From IMG/VR virus record IMGVR_UViG_3300046455_000489, positions 5,909 through 69,908 of that record: a stretch of DNA of 64,000 nt. The stretch is one strand, 5' to 3'. Each line of letters starts with the position of its first letter. The stretch's first letter is position 1. Position numbers and translations under genes: made by a program. Of the stretch, positions 1 through 9,755 are shown piece by piece. The notes below the pieces were generated by a model, which did not search any database, was not told the DNA's origin, and saw nothing but the letters and a program-made list of their open reading frames with translations. Origin of the DNA: a virus.

Positions 1-707
1 GCCTGGCCCATCCACGAGCCCAGCGCAGCCAGCGCCCGCTTCCCGGACTTCGGCATGAAGTGCACGTAAGTCCTCAGCGTGAACGCCGGATCCGAGTGAC
101 CGAGCCACGCAGCCAGCTGAGTGATTGTCTCACCCGCGGCCAGCACCACGCTAGCGAACGTATGCCGCAGAACGTGGAAGCCGTCTTCCCGCGGCATCCT
201 CCAGCTCACCCGCCGCCACGGCTTCTTGCCCGCGCCCTGGACGTACTCGACCTCTGGTTCAGGGATGACGCCGGCTCGGGCCAGGGCGGGCTTCCACTGC
301 TTGTCGTCGAACGTGACCCGGTTGACCGCCCCGCCGCTCACACCGTTCGTTCTCGGAGTGGTCACAAGGAGACGTACTGTCCGCAAGGGCCGCTTCTCCC
401 ACTCAAGGCTGGGGCGGTCCGGGTCGACCCACGGCAGCGTCACCTCGACGGTCGGGAAGACGTTGGCATACTCCTTGACGGCCCGCGCCAACTCCGGCGG
501 ACAGGGCGCCGTCCGGAGCTTGTTTCCCTTCGGCGGGGCGAACCCGAGACGGCTGTTGATCCTCACGATCTGCCGCGTCACATTGATCTCGTCCCCGGCG
601 ATGTCGTCCGGTGAGAAGCCGAGGCACTCCCCCTGCCGCATGCCCGAGCCGGTAGAGAGGTCCACGAGAATCGCGTAGCGGGCGTCCAACTCGGCCCGGA
701 CCGCGGC
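1..707. repeat. Direct repeat copy 1 (= 63294-64000)
   Basis: Sequence and ORF track match at offset 63,293 (e.g. 121..678 vs 63414..63971). Confidence 0.97.
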
Positions 708-1283
708 AGCGGTCTCCTTCGGCCAGGCCTTCGCTTTGGAAGGCGGCGACGCGGGCGGCGACAGGTCTTCGTCCCGGAACGGATTCTCAGGGATCCTCTT
801 CGCCTTGTGGGCCGCCTGCATGATCGACGAGAAGTGGCGCCACGTCGTGCGCACCGTATTGACGTCGATGTCCTGCTCGACCCGGGTCAGCCACGCCTTG
901 ATCTCATCCGGGCCGATCCGGTTCAGAGGCAGGGCGCCGGCGTGCGGGAGGATGTGCAGGAAGACGCGGGGCTTCATGGACTGCTTGGTGCCGGGCGGCT
1001 TGCGCAGGTTGGGCCACCAGGTCTTCTCGACGTACTCCCGCAGGGTCATGTCGCCGTTGCGGGGGTCGTAGAACTGGCCGCGGCTGGTGTCCGTCTGGGC
1101 TTTCGCCAGCCACTCCTCGGCGCTCCCGGGACCTTTCTGGTTCTTGAAGGAGCGGTCTCGCACGCCGGGGATACCGGCGACCCGCCAGCGCTTCCCCTTG
1201 CCCCAGCGTTCGGTCCGGCGCCGCTTCCCCGTCGTCGGATCAGGCTTCTTCGTCAGCCAGCGATCCTCGATGTAACCGGCCAC
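1..1283 (-). CDS. int: Tyrosine integrase, 5' part (full gene ~459 aa, last codons at 63197-63293)
   Basis: GTG at 1283 with GAGGGGG RBS; MAGYIEDRW arm-binding N-terminus; catalytic GMRQGE, HVLRH, LGH and TLRTY motifs. Confidence 0.93.
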   Translation of the reverse strand, partial: MAGYIEDRWLTKKPDPTTGKRRRTERWGKGKRWRVAGIPGVRDRSFKNQKGPGSAEEWLAKAQTDTSRGQFYDPRNGDMTLREYVEKTWWPNLRKPPGTKQSMKPRVFLHILPHAGALPLNRIGPDEIKAWLTRVEQDIDVNTVRTTWRHFSSIMQAAHKAKRIPENPFRDEDLSPPASPPSKAKAWPKETAAAVRAELDARYAILVDLSTGSGMRQGECLGFSPDDIAGDEINVTRQIVRINSRLGFAPPKGNKLRTAPCPPELARAVKEYANVFPTVEVTLPWVDPDRPSLEWEKRPLRTVRLLVTTPRTNGVSGGAVNRVTFDDKQWKPALARAGVIPEPEVEYVQGAGKKPWRRVSWRMPREDGFHVLRHTFASVVLAAGETITQLAAWLGHSDPAFTLRTYVHFMPKSGKRALAALGSWMGQ

Positions 1284-1304
1284 GTGTGACCCCCTCGTCG
1301 TCGT

Positions 1305-1748
1305 TCAGGCTGCGTTGGCCTCGGGGGAGTCCATCGTGACGATCTCCCCATGCCACAGCTGGAACCACTGTCCCCCAGCAAGAAGCTCCACGATGGAACG
1401 GTTGAGCATTCCGATGAACATGCCCGTCGACGTGAGGGGGTGAACGAGCAGAGCAACGTGCCCCTTGTGCTCACGGATCTCGACCGGGGCTTCCAGCGTG
1501 GGCGAGGAGAGTTCGAACGTGACACGCAGAGGGCTACCAGGAGAGGCCGCCGAGACGACCTCACCTTCCCAGATCTGGTACCACTGCGCCGTGGTGACGA
1601 AGTCCAGGAGTGTCTCGTTGAGCGAGGGGATGAAGTCGGCTGGCTCCAGGCCGCGGGCGACCCGGATTTCGACGAGCCCTCTGTCCTCTCTCCAGTCGGA
1701 GAGGATTCCGGGGGCCAGGTTGGCGATCTTGTACACAACACGCAGCAT
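1305..1748 (-). CDS. Hypothetical protein made of two tandem ~70-aa repeats
   Basis: ATG with GGAGGG RBS; QWYQIWEGEVV and QWFQLWHGEIV end each half. Confidence 0.75.
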   Translation of the reverse strand: MLRVVYKIANLAPGILSDWREDRGLVEIRVARGLEPADFIPSLNETLLDFVTTAQWYQIWEGEVVSAASPGSPLRVTFELSSPTLEAPVEIREHKGHVALLVHPLTSTGMFIGMLNRSIVELLAGGQWFQLWHGEIVTMDSPEANAA

Positions 1749-1907
1749 GACGCGCCCTCCCGTTAGAGCGGTGCGCTCGTGACGCAATGGCCTGAAGCGC
1801 ACGGTTGTGGAAGGGTACGACCAGTGAGTGTGTGACCACAATCCGTTGAAAGAATGTCTACTTAGGGACTTCGGCGATCAATGCCGGTCTGGTAGCGCGC
1901 GGCTGTG

Positions 1908-2342
1908 CTACCGCTCCTCGCGGCGTGCACGCTCGTCGGCTTCGATCATCGCCCGCCAGCGGCGCAGCTCCGCCTCGGGCATCCCCGCCAAGTGGCCCAC
2001 GATGATGCGGACTTCATTGCCGTAGCCCGCCAGCTCGGTCGCCTCGTACTCCAGCCACTGCTCGGCCGCCGCTTCCTTGATGGCGCGCAGAGACCGGCCC
2101 GTCCCTGCTGCCAGGGCTTTCATCTGGGCTGGGGTGGGCGGATTGGTGGGGGGGTTCTTCACGAGCCTCTGGAGCGACTGCTTGTAGTAGCGCACGCCAG
2201 ACTCGGAGTCGACGGCGCGGTCCGCCATCTCCTGGTAGGAGAGGCCCGCGTCCTTCGCTTCCTGGATGAGCTTGGACAGCGCACCGATGGTGCCGGGTTC
2301 CGTAGCCGTGCCGTGGTCCGGGGCATTGGCCGGAACCGTCAT
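1908..2342 (-). CDS. Immunity repressor (XRE-like HTH)
   Basis: GLSYQEMADRA...KQSLQRLV HTH; upstream of int and divergent from a Cro-like gene. Confidence 0.75.
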   Translation of the reverse strand: MTVPANAPDHGTATEPGTIGALSKLIQEAKDAGLSYQEMADRAVDSESGVRYYKQSLQRLVKNPPTNPPTPAQMKALAAGTGRSLRAIKEAAAEQWLEYEATELAGYGNEVRIIVGHLAGMPEAELRRWRAMIEADERARREER

Positions 2343-2504
2343 GTCCTCGTCCTCTCGTGGCACTTCAACACCGATTGTCTCTGTGTGTTTGGGGTAGTGC
2401 CGGAAAAATAGCAGGTCACGCCGTACAACCATCTTGGATCTGGGACGGATCGTCCATGGATCAATGCTATCTGGCCACAACTTTGGCCGACACTCGGGAT
2501 CCAG

Positions 2505-2550
2505 TCGTCATTGAGTCATTGACGAACCATCCTCAATAGTGTTGACTCAA
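2505..2550. promoter_or_regulatory. Putative immunity operator region
   Basis: Near-palindrome TCGTCATTGAGTCATTGACGA (2505-2525), TTGACTCAA (2542-2550), half-site copy ACTCAATGACGA at 2825-2836. Confidence 0.55.
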
Positions 2551-2590
2551 GGGCAGTGAAAGGCACCTCTGCAACGGGGGAGATCCATAC

Positions 2591-2833
2591 ATGGTGCGCT
2601 ATGCCCTGCGGGACCTGGACTACTTCAAGAAGACCATGAAACACCCAGGTCGGGGCGCCCCCTTCGAACCGGAAGAGCTCGCGAAGAAGGTCGGCATCTC
2701 CCGGTCGCAGATGTATCGAATCCTGGCCGGTCAGGTATGCGACCTGCCCGTCAATGAAGCGCATGCCGTATCGGAGGCACTCGGTGTCGCCGTGCTGGTT
2801 CTTTTCGTGCCCCCAGTGTCACCAACTCAATGA
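2591..2833 (+). CDS. Cro-like XRE HTH protein
   Basis: EELAKKVGISRSQMYRILAG HTH; divergent from repressor. Confidence 0.8.
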   Translation: MVRYALRDLDYFKKTMKHPGRGAPFEPEELAKKVGISRSQMYRILAGQVCDLPVNEAHAVSEALGVAVLVLFVPPVSPTQ

Positions 2834-2873
2834 CGAATCGTCCCTCAGGTTCACCCCCACAGGAAGGAAGGAC

Positions 2874-3116
2874 ATGCCCCGGCTCGCAAAGGTCCCCACG
2901 CCGGCCCCGCCCGGCTTCGTCTGGATCCAGGAGCTCTCCCGAATGACGGGACTGAGCGTGAAGACGCTCTACAACTACCGCTACCTCGGCAAGGGTCCGC
3001 AGCCCGTCCCCATCGGACGGAAGCTCGCCTACCGCCTGGCCGAAGCCAAGGCCTACGCCGCCGAGCTCCACTCGCCCGAGCCGCTCGACAGCGAGCCGGC
3101 CCGCGCCGCCGCTTAG
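2874..3116 (+). CDS. Excisionase/AlpA-like DNA-binding protein
   Basis: ELSRMTGLSVKTLYNYRYLGKGP...IGRKLAY winged-helix motif; AGGAAGG RBS. Confidence 0.8.
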   Translation: MPRLAKVPTPAPPGFVWIQELSRMTGLSVKTLYNYRYLGKGPQPVPIGRKLAYRLAEAKAYAAELHSPEPLDSEPARAAA

Positions 3117-3201
3117 AGCGGCAAAGAGGCCGCCCCGTAACTCGCCAGTCCGGGACGACCTCCGATCCACCCACAGATCCCGTAGAGAACAGGAGTGGAC
3201 C

Positions 3202-3558
3202 TTGTCCACATCATCCTCCCAGACCCCCGGCCGCGACGACTACATCGCTGGCCTCCGTCAGTTCGCTGACTTCCTGGAGCAGCACCCGGCCGTACAGGCA
3301 CCCGACGGCGAGCGACTGCTCCTCCCCCTCCTCACGAACGCCGCCGTGGACGAGTTCGCCGCCACGCACGAGTTGACGGTCACGACGGACCAGGACGGCA
3401 ACAAGTCCGCGGACCTCGTCTTCGGTCCCGTCGTCTTCCACGCCTACGGCTACGTGGACTTCGTCGACCACCTGAAGCGAGGCCAGGAGAAGCAGGCTCG
3501 CACCTGGGCCGACGCGAACGGCATGGTCATCGAGCCCGCGAACGAGGTGGCCGCGTGA
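3202..3558 (+). CDS. Hypothetical phage protein
   Basis: AGGAG RBS, GC3-rich, overlaps next gene. Confidence 0.7.
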   Translation: MSTSSSQTPGRDDYIAGLRQFADFLEQHPAVQAPDGERLLLPLLTNAAVDEFAATHELTVTTDQDGNKSADLVFGPVVFHAYGYVDFVDHLKRGQEKQARTWADANGMVIEPANEVAA

Positions 3559-3983
3559 ACGCCGAGACGTTCAACTCCCGCTTCCCGGTAGGCACTCCGG
3601 TCTTCGCCTACCCGGGCGCCCGACCGGAGGACATCCCGAGCGCGCGTCGCCTTGTGACCCGCACCCGCACGGAAGCGCGGACGTCGGCGAGCGGCGACCC
3701 GGTCGTCTGGGTCGACGGCGAAGGCGCCTACATCTGCCTCACGCACGTCGACCCCGTATCGATGGACGAGTGGGAGGCCGCGAAGGCGACCGAGGTTGCG
3801 GCTGCCGAGCAGGCCCCCAGGGACACGCTCGCCCCGTGGCTGGCTCAGCGGTTCGATCCGCAGGGCGCCCCGTGGGACGGCATGTCCGACGATGACCGCT
3901 CCTACTGGGAGCACCAGGCCCGAGCGGTCCGTCGTGCGGTCGCCCGGGATGGCTTCAAGGCCGAAGAGGCGGTGACCTCATGA
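3555..3983 (+). CDS. Hypothetical phage protein
   Basis: Coupled GTGA/ATGA overlaps; FNSRFPVGTPV start. Confidence 0.7.
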   Translation: MNAETFNSRFPVGTPVFAYPGARPEDIPSARRLVTRTRTEARTSASGDPVVWVDGEGAYICLTHVDPVSMDEWEAAKATEVAAAEQAPRDTLAPWLAQRFDPQGAPWDGMSDDDRSYWEHQARAVRRAVARDGFKAEEAVTS

Positions 3984-4255
3984 CCGCCGTCAACCGCCGC
4001 CTCGCTGCCGCGATCGCCGAGCAGGGCATCCCGCTGACCGCCGACCTGGTGGCTGCAGGGCCGGAGCGCCGGTACCCGATCAGCCCGCGCCCGGCCGAGG
4101 ACCCGCGGTTCACCCTCGGGCTCGCGCTCGACGTCGCGAAGGTGCTGCACGAGCACGGCTACCCGAATGTCACCAGCGGCCGCGACTTCCTGGAGTTGCA
4201 GCAGGCGCTGTTCGGCTTCCTGTACGTCGGCCCGGACGAGGGAGACGCGTCATGA
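3980..4255 (+). CDS. Hypothetical phage protein
   Basis: Translationally coupled ORF. Confidence 0.7.
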   Translation: MTAVNRRLAAAIAEQGIPLTADLVAAGPERRYPISPRPAEDPRFTLGLALDVAKVLHEHGYPNVTSGRDFLELQQALFGFLYVGPDEGDAS

Positions 4256-4554
4256 CCTTCACCCCGAAGCGCTTCCAGACCGTCGCCCCGCCCATCACCC
4301 GCGCGGACGTGCCGCTGTCGACGCTGGCCGCCGACATGAAGCAGCTGGTCGCCCGACAGCGGGCTTGCCGGCTCCTCGCCGACGCGGCCAACCGCAGCAA
4401 GTCCCCGTCGGATCGCATCGCCTATGCCCTCGACGCCTGGCTGGTCACCCACCCCGACGCGAAGGTCACCCAGCTCGCCGACTACCCGGCCTGGGCTGCC
4501 GAGATGGCCGCCCGCGAAACCGCCAACCGTGCCGTCCGCAAGGAGACGACGTGA
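4252..4554 (+). CDS. Hypothetical phage protein
   Basis: Translationally coupled ORF. Confidence 0.7.
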   Translation: MTFTPKRFQTVAPPITRADVPLSTLAADMKQLVARQRACRLLADAANRSKSPSDRIAYALDAWLVTHPDAKVTQLADYPAWAAEMAARETANRAVRKETT

Positions 4555-4916
4555 AGCCCGTTGAGATCTACCTGAAGGCCGCCGAGGTCATCCGCGTCAA
4601 CGGCCACTACAAGGGCGCCTACTTCGAGCCGTCGCCCGAGTCGGGAGTCGGCATCACGCCCAACCCGTCCGAGTGCCGGGTGTGCGCCGGTGGCGCCCTG
4701 AGTATCGCGATGTTCGGGAATCCGATCCCGCCGAGCGACGGGTCGGACCGCGAGGAGTTCGACGAGATCACAGAGGTGGTCGCGAACAGGATCGACCCCG
4801 AAGGCGGCTGGGCCGACTCCCCGGTTACCCGCCTCGCAGGCTGGAACGACACCGACCTGGTCACCGCCGCCGACGTGATCAACGTGTTCGAGCAGGCTGC
4901 GAAGGCGGTGGCCTGA
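4551..4916 (+). CDS. Hypothetical protein (DUF6197-like)
   Basis: AAEVIRVNGHYKG...CAGGAL...WND pattern; GTG with AAGGAG RBS. Confidence 0.65.
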   Translation: MKPVEIYLKAAEVIRVNGHYKGAYFEPSPESGVGITPNPSECRVCAGGALSIAMFGNPIPPSDGSDREEFDEITEVVANRIDPEGGWADSPVTRLAGWNDTDLVTAADVINVFEQAAKAVA

Positions 4917-4917
4917 C

Positions 4918-5109
4918 ATGGCGACCGTGATCGAGTCCCGCCCGCTGGCGGACCTGGAGTTGGAGTCGCTGGCTGCGGTCGAGCTGGAGTGGGCTCGGCG
5001 CGCGAAGGGCGCCAAGCCGTGGACGACGACCGAATACCTCGACCGTATCGACGCCGTCCACGCCCGCTACCGCAACTTCCGCCGCTGGCAGGAAAGGCGG
5101 GCCGCCTGA
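4918..5109 (+). CDS. Hypothetical phage protein
   Basis: Tightly packed ORF. Confidence 0.65.
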   Translation: MATVIESRPLADLELESLAAVELEWARRAKGAKPWTTTEYLDRIDAVHARYRNFRRWQERRAA

Positions 5110-5264
5110 TGGTCGCCGTCATCGACCTCCGCGCCCTCCCCGACAAGGGCCTCGTCGTCCCCGGTATCGCGGCCTGGCTCGGCTACCCGCCCGTCGAGGA
5201 CGCCGAGCCGGAGGAGAGCTACGAGGCCCTGTGCGCCCGACTCAGCCGGGAGCCGGCCCCGTGA
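5109..5264 (+). CDS. Small hypothetical protein
   Basis: TGATG overlap, coupled to next gene. Confidence 0.5.
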   Translation: MVAVIDLRALPDKGLVVPGIAAWLGYPPVEDAEPEESYEALCARLSREPAP

Positions 5265-5422
5265 CCGCCCCGCTGCCGTCGCGCATGTCGCCGATGGCTG
5301 GCTTCGCCAACGCCCTCTACCTGCTCTTCATCCGCCGCGCCGCTCCCGTCGTCGCCGAACTCGAAGTCCGCCTCGCACTCGCCACCGCCAAGAACGAGCA
5401 CCTGAAAGGAGACCGGCCGTGA
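5261..5422 (+). CDS. Small hypothetical protein
   Basis: GTGA overlaps both sides. Confidence 0.5.
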   Translation: MTAPLPSRMSPMAGFANALYLLFIRRAAPVVAELEVRLALATAKNEHLKGDRP

Positions 5423-5853
5423 GCATCGCCAACCTGATCCCCGCCCTGAAGGGCAGCGGCAGCCGCCGCGCCGTCGACGAGGTGGAACGCCTTCGCGAGG
5501 AGAGCCGCAAGCTCCTCGACCGGCAGCTCGCCGCCGACGACTTCTTCGCCCTCCTCATGCACGACGTCGTCACCACCAATGCCGCGCTGGAGCAGGAGCA
5601 GCGCCTCCGCGGGGAAGCCAAAGAGGCCGCCGCTCAGATGCGGATGGAACGCGACGACTGGATCGAGGAAGCCGAGCGCCTCGCCGCCGAACTGGCCCCG
5701 TACAAGGCGGCCGAGGCCAACGCCAACCGGGTCGACGTCCCGCCGATGCACAGGGACACCGAGCACCCGGCCGACCAGGCGACCACGCCGATCGACGTCC
5801 GCCCCCTGTGGGTGGCACTCGGCATCGGACCGACCGTCGCAGCCACCCCCTGA
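5419..5853 (+). CDS. Coiled-coil hypothetical protein
   Basis: AAAGGAG RBS; E/R/L/A heptad-rich. Confidence 0.7.
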   Translation: MSIANLIPALKGSGSRRAVDEVERLREESRKLLDRQLAADDFFALLMHDVVTTNAALEQEQRLRGEAKEAAAQMRMERDDWIEEAERLAAELAPYKAAEANANRVDVPPMHRDTEHPADQATTPIDVRPLWVALGIGPTVAATP

Positions 5854-5964
5854 TCGTCCGGCCGGGCGGTGGACCGTCCCGCCCGGCCGGCGCCCAACGC
5901 AGAAACCCCGCCCGGGGTTAGCGGGCGGGATTCACCAACCAGCATCCCACGGAAGGGAAACCCA

Positions 5965-6492
5965 ATGTCCGTCGACACCATCGCCTACACGATGCGCGGC
6001 CGGAAAGGCCAGTCCTACGAGGTCACCGGCGCAGTGCAGGTAGCGCCCGGCCTGGTCGTGTTCCGCGTCCCCGGCGACCTCGACCTGAACAACCCGGCCC
6101 GCTGGAACATCGGCCACCACTCCGGCCTCGTCGTCGCCGAAGCGATGACCCGCGAGTTCGCGATGGCCGGAGCCGCGGCGATCGCCCCGCTCTACGACTG
6201 GACCCGCGACGTTGACGACCTCAACGGGGAGATCGACCACAGCCGGGTGCTGTCGGCCCTCGGCAGCAAGCACTGCGGCCCGGTCCACAGCCACGACTAC
6301 CTGCGCGGCGACGTCTCCCACAACGGCACGTACACCGACGCGGACATCGAGAAGGCTGCCGCCGAATCGGACGGCATGAGCGCCTACGACATCTTGCTCG
6401 GCATGGTGCACACCGTCCCGTGGATGGGCCTCGACACGAACGACTTCAACGAGGCCCACGACCGGATCGTCGCTCTCGCCGACGCCGCCTGA
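5965..6492 (+). CDS. Hypothetical phage protein
   Basis: GGAAGGG RBS; GC3-rich frame. Confidence 0.7.
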   Translation: MSVDTIAYTMRGRKGQSYEVTGAVQVAPGLVVFRVPGDLDLNNPARWNIGHHSGLVVAEAMTREFAMAGAAAIAPLYDWTRDVDDLNGEIDHSRVLSALGSKHCGPVHSHDYLRGDVSHNGTYTDADIEKAAAESDGMSAYDILLGMVHTVPWMGLDTNDFNEAHDRIVALADAA

Positions 6493-6619
6493 CCAACCCC
6501 GAGACGCGGCGTAGAGCGCTTCCCCCAGCCGCTCCGCCGCAGCCGAGGCCTCGCCGCCCCACCAACCCCCCGGTCACGGGCGGTGAGGCCCGGCACCCCA
6601 CACCTTGAAACGAGGATTC

Positions 6620-7360
6620 ATGAGCACCAACGGCCCCAAGAGCGGCCCTCGGCCTCTCGCCTTCATCGACACCGAGACCACCGGCCTGGACTCGCGAAAG
6701 CACGACGTGTGGGAGATCGCCGTCATCCTGCGCCGCCCCGGCTACGCAGATCACGAGCACCTCTTCCAGATCCGCACGAGCCTCGTCGGCGCCGACCCGA
6801 AGGCGCTGGAGATCAACCAGTACGAGCAGCGATTCGTTGTCCCTGACGGCGAGTTCGCTGTCGAGATCTCCACCGCCACACCGGCAAAGGTCACGCCCCT
6901 TACCGAGGCGGACCTTATGCACGACCTGATGACCATCCTCGATGGCGCCATGCTCGTCGGATCTAACCCCGCCTTCGACGACCGGTTCCTGTCGAAGATC
7001 TTCCATGAGGCGGGCGTCACTCCTCGCTGGCACTACCGCACCATCGACATCGCCACCCTCGCCGTCGGCCACCTCTACGGGCAGGCCTACACGCTCACCA
7101 AGCAGAACTGCGACGACGAGTTCTACGCCCGTGCCGACCGTCTCCTTGCAGACGGCTGGAAGTCCTACGAGTTGTCCCGCCTCATGGGCATCGAGCCCCC
7201 GGCCAAGGACGTCGCCCACACCGCCCTCGGTGACGCCCGCTGGGCACGCGACGTATACGACGCGATCACCAAGGCTGACGCCTTCTACACCGCTTCCGAC
7301 GAGCAACTTGTCGGCATGGTCCGCGAGGCCAGCCACAACAGCTTCGGTGGCCAGCAGTGA
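6620..7360 (+). CDS. DEDDh 3'-5' exonuclease (DnaQ-like)
   Basis: FIDTETTGL, SNPAFD, HTALGDA motifs. Confidence 0.88.
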   Translation: MSTNGPKSGPRPLAFIDTETTGLDSRKHDVWEIAVILRRPGYADHEHLFQIRTSLVGADPKALEINQYEQRFVVPDGEFAVEISTATPAKVTPLTEADLMHDLMTILDGAMLVGSNPAFDDRFLSKIFHEAGVTPRWHYRTIDIATLAVGHLYGQAYTLTKQNCDDEFYARADRLLADGWKSYELSRLMGIEPPAKDVAHTALGDARWARDVYDAITKADAFYTASDEQLVGMVREASHNSFGGQQ

Positions 7361-8202
7361 CTGCCGCGGTGGAGGTCGAGGCGCCGGCCGAGGTCGAGCC
7401 TGGCGTGTACGACGACGTCGCCGCCGAGGTCTACCACGCCGACCCCGTCCCCGGCGGCAGCCTCTCCTCGACCGGCGCCCGCAAGCTCGCCACGGAATGC
7501 CCGGCCGCCTTCAAGCACTGGCTCGACAACCCCGAGCCCGCCAAGAAGGAGTTCGACTTCGGCACGGCCGCCCACAAGGTCGTGCTCGGCGACGGGCCCG
7601 AACTCGTCCTCGTCGAGCGGGACATCTGGAACACCAACGAGGTCAAGGAGGAGATCAAGAAGATCCGTGCCGCAGGGAACATCCCGCTCAAGAAGCGTGA
7701 CCTCGACAAGGTCCACGCCATGGCGGACGTACTCCGTGCTCACCCCGAAGCCGCGGAACTTCTGGAGCCGGGCAGCGGCGTCGCCGAACGCACGATCATC
7801 TGGAACGACCGCGGAGTCTGGCGCCGCATCCGCATCGACTGGGCCCGCCACGACGGCACCCTCGTCGACTACAAGTCCTGCCGCTCCGCCAACCCTTCGA
7901 AGCTGGCCAACCACCTCTTCGAATACGGCTATCACCAGCAGCAGGAGTACTACCGCGACGGCGCCCTGGAGTTCGAGCTGACCGAGCTGGTCTGCCCGTT
8001 CAAGTTCATCTTCCAGGAGAAGGAACCGCCGTACCTGGTCTCGGTGATCGAGCTCGACGCCGCCGCCACAGCCATCGGCCGACACCTCAACGAGGTCGCG
8101 CTGAACACCTACGCCCTCTGCCGCGAAGCCGGCGAATGGCACGGCTACCTCCAGACCCCGCTCATCTCGCCCCCTGCCTGGCTTGAGCGCCAGTACCGCT
8201 AG
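7357..8202 (+). CDS. RecE-like PD-(D/E)XK exonuclease
   Basis: YHAD...LSSTG, FGTAAH, RIDW..LVDYKS, YGYHQQQEYY. Confidence 0.85.
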   Translation: MTAAVEVEAPAEVEPGVYDDVAAEVYHADPVPGGSLSSTGARKLATECPAAFKHWLDNPEPAKKEFDFGTAAHKVVLGDGPELVLVERDIWNTNEVKEEIKKIRAAGNIPLKKRDLDKVHAMADVLRAHPEAAELLEPGSGVAERTIIWNDRGVWRRIRIDWARHDGTLVDYKSCRSANPSKLANHLFEYGYHQQQEYYRDGALEFELTELVCPFKFIFQEKEPPYLVSVIELDAAATAIGRHLNEVALNTYALCREAGEWHGYLQTPLISPPAWLERQYR

Positions 8203-8213
8203 GAGAGATCTCT

Positions 8214-9179
8214 ATGTCCCAGCTCGGCAAGCCCGTCCAGACCAGCCGCCAACGGTCACAGCCCGACGAGTACGACGACGGCCCGGTCGTCTTCCGGCCG
8301 GCCAGCAAGGACGGGCACAAGGCCCGCCTTTCCCTCCAGGGCCCCTCCGGATGCGGCAAGACCTGGACCGGGCTGTCCATCGCGGGCGGCCTCGCAGAGG
8401 GGGAGCGGTTCGCCGTCATCGACACCGAACGCAACGCCGCCACGCTCTACGTCAACGACCTCCCGGTTGAGTTCGACCACTTTCCGATGCGCCGCTACAA
8501 CCCGCGCGGTCTCATCAAGGCCCTCGCGGCGGCAGCTCAGGCCGGCTACCCGGTCGTCATGATCGACTCCCTGACCCACTTCTGGAAGGGCGCCGAAGGC
8601 ACCCTGGACCAGGTCTCGCAGGTCGCCGACAGCAAGTACAGCGGCAACAAGTTCGCCGCCTGGAAGGACGGCGGCGAGATCCAGGACGACATGATCGACG
8701 CCCTCATGTCGTACCCCGGACACGTCGTGACGACGATGCGGGCGTCGGAAAAGTGGGTCCTCGAAAAGGGCAACAAGACCCCCGTCAGCAAGGGCCTGCT
8801 CGCCGAGCAGCGCAAGGGCATCGAGTTCGAGTTCGGCGTGGCCGCAGAGATGGACGAAGCCAACCGGCTCCGCTTCATCAAGTCCCGCTGCCCCTCTTTC
8901 CGCGGCCTGGTCCTCAACCAGCCCGACGGGGCCCGCGACATCGCCAAGCCCTACCTGGACTGGCTGCGCGACGGCGGCAAGGAGATCGACGCCGCCGTCT
9001 GGATCGACGCCGCTGGCAGCGACGAGGCGACGCCGGACAGCCTGCTCGCCCTCTACCGCGAGGTCGAAGCGTCCAGCGCGCTCGCGACGCCGCTGATGCA
9101 CCCGCAGACCGGCCAGCCCACCAGCCTCGGCGCCTACATCAAGGAGCGCGGTCTCGCACTGAAGGCCGCCCAGAAGTAG
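8214..9179 (+). CDS. AAA_24/Sak4-like recombination ATPase
   Basis: Walker A GPSGCGKT, VIDTE, MIDSLTHFW; adjacent to RecE-like gene. Confidence 0.82.
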   Translation: MSQLGKPVQTSRQRSQPDEYDDGPVVFRPASKDGHKARLSLQGPSGCGKTWTGLSIAGGLAEGERFAVIDTERNAATLYVNDLPVEFDHFPMRRYNPRGLIKALAAAAQAGYPVVMIDSLTHFWKGAEGTLDQVSQVADSKYSGNKFAAWKDGGEIQDDMIDALMSYPGHVVTTMRASEKWVLEKGNKTPVSKGLLAEQRKGIEFEFGVAAEMDEANRLRFIKSRCPSFRGLVLNQPDGARDIAKPYLDWLRDGGKEIDAAVWIDAAGSDEATPDSLLALYREVEASSALATPLMHPQTGQPTSLGAYIKERGLALKAAQK

Positions 9180-9255
9180 CCCGCACACCGGAGGCCGGCC
9201 CGCGGGAATCGGGCCGGCCCCACCTCCAGAACACCACAGCCTCAAGGAGCCCGCC

Positions 9256-9639
9256 ATGGCCCGCAATCTGACACCCGCCGAACGTCTCGCCTCCGCCGAC
9301 AAGGATCTCCTGCTGGAGGAGATCGCCGACCAGTCCTCGTGGGACCAGTTCATCGTCGAGCGCGCCGTCTTCCACTACGGCCAGCGCCACGACGAATGGA
9401 GTTGCAACGACCTCCGTGACGTACTGCCCGAGCTCGGCCACGGGTTCCTCGGCGCCGCGATCAACTCGCTGCGCACCGGCGGGGTCATCGAGCACACCGA
9501 CCGCATGGTGCCGTCCACACAGCCGAGCACGCACGCCCACCGGATCGCAGTCTGGCGGCTGACGGCCAAGGGACGAGGCATCGCAGCCGCCCGCCGGGCC
9601 GCCGCCCAGACCGCCAGCGACCAGCGGAGCGCGGCATGA
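9256..9639 (+). CDS. Hypothetical (winged-helix-like) protein
   Basis: AAGGAG RBS; WSCNDLRD...GAAINSL...STHAHRIAVW. Confidence 0.7.
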   Translation: MARNLTPAERLASADKDLLLEEIADQSSWDQFIVERAVFHYGQRHDEWSCNDLRDVLPELGHGFLGAAINSLRTGGVIEHTDRMVPSTQPSTHAHRIAVWRLTAKGRGIAAARRAAAQTASDQRSAA

Positions 9640-9755
9640 AGCGCCTCACCTTCACCCAGGCGTACCTGGCCCTGATCGCCGCGGGTGCCGTCGTCGGCGC
9701 CCTGACCGCAGCCTTGACCGTCGTCGTCGAGCAGCTGACCGGGAGGCGGACGTGA
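9636..9755 (+). CDS. Small membrane protein (39 aa)
   Basis: MKRLTFTQAYLALIAAGAVVGAL; overlaps both neighbours. Confidence 0.5.
   Translation: MKRLTFTQAYLALIAAGAVVGALTAALTVVVEQLTGRRT

Noticed and set aside
60-1289. Plus-strand ORFs 60..614, 121..678, 736..1071, 807..1289 and their copies at 63206-63971
   Set aside because: Shadow frames of the minus-strand integrase, which the ORF track missed at the left edge because its stop lies outside the window start.
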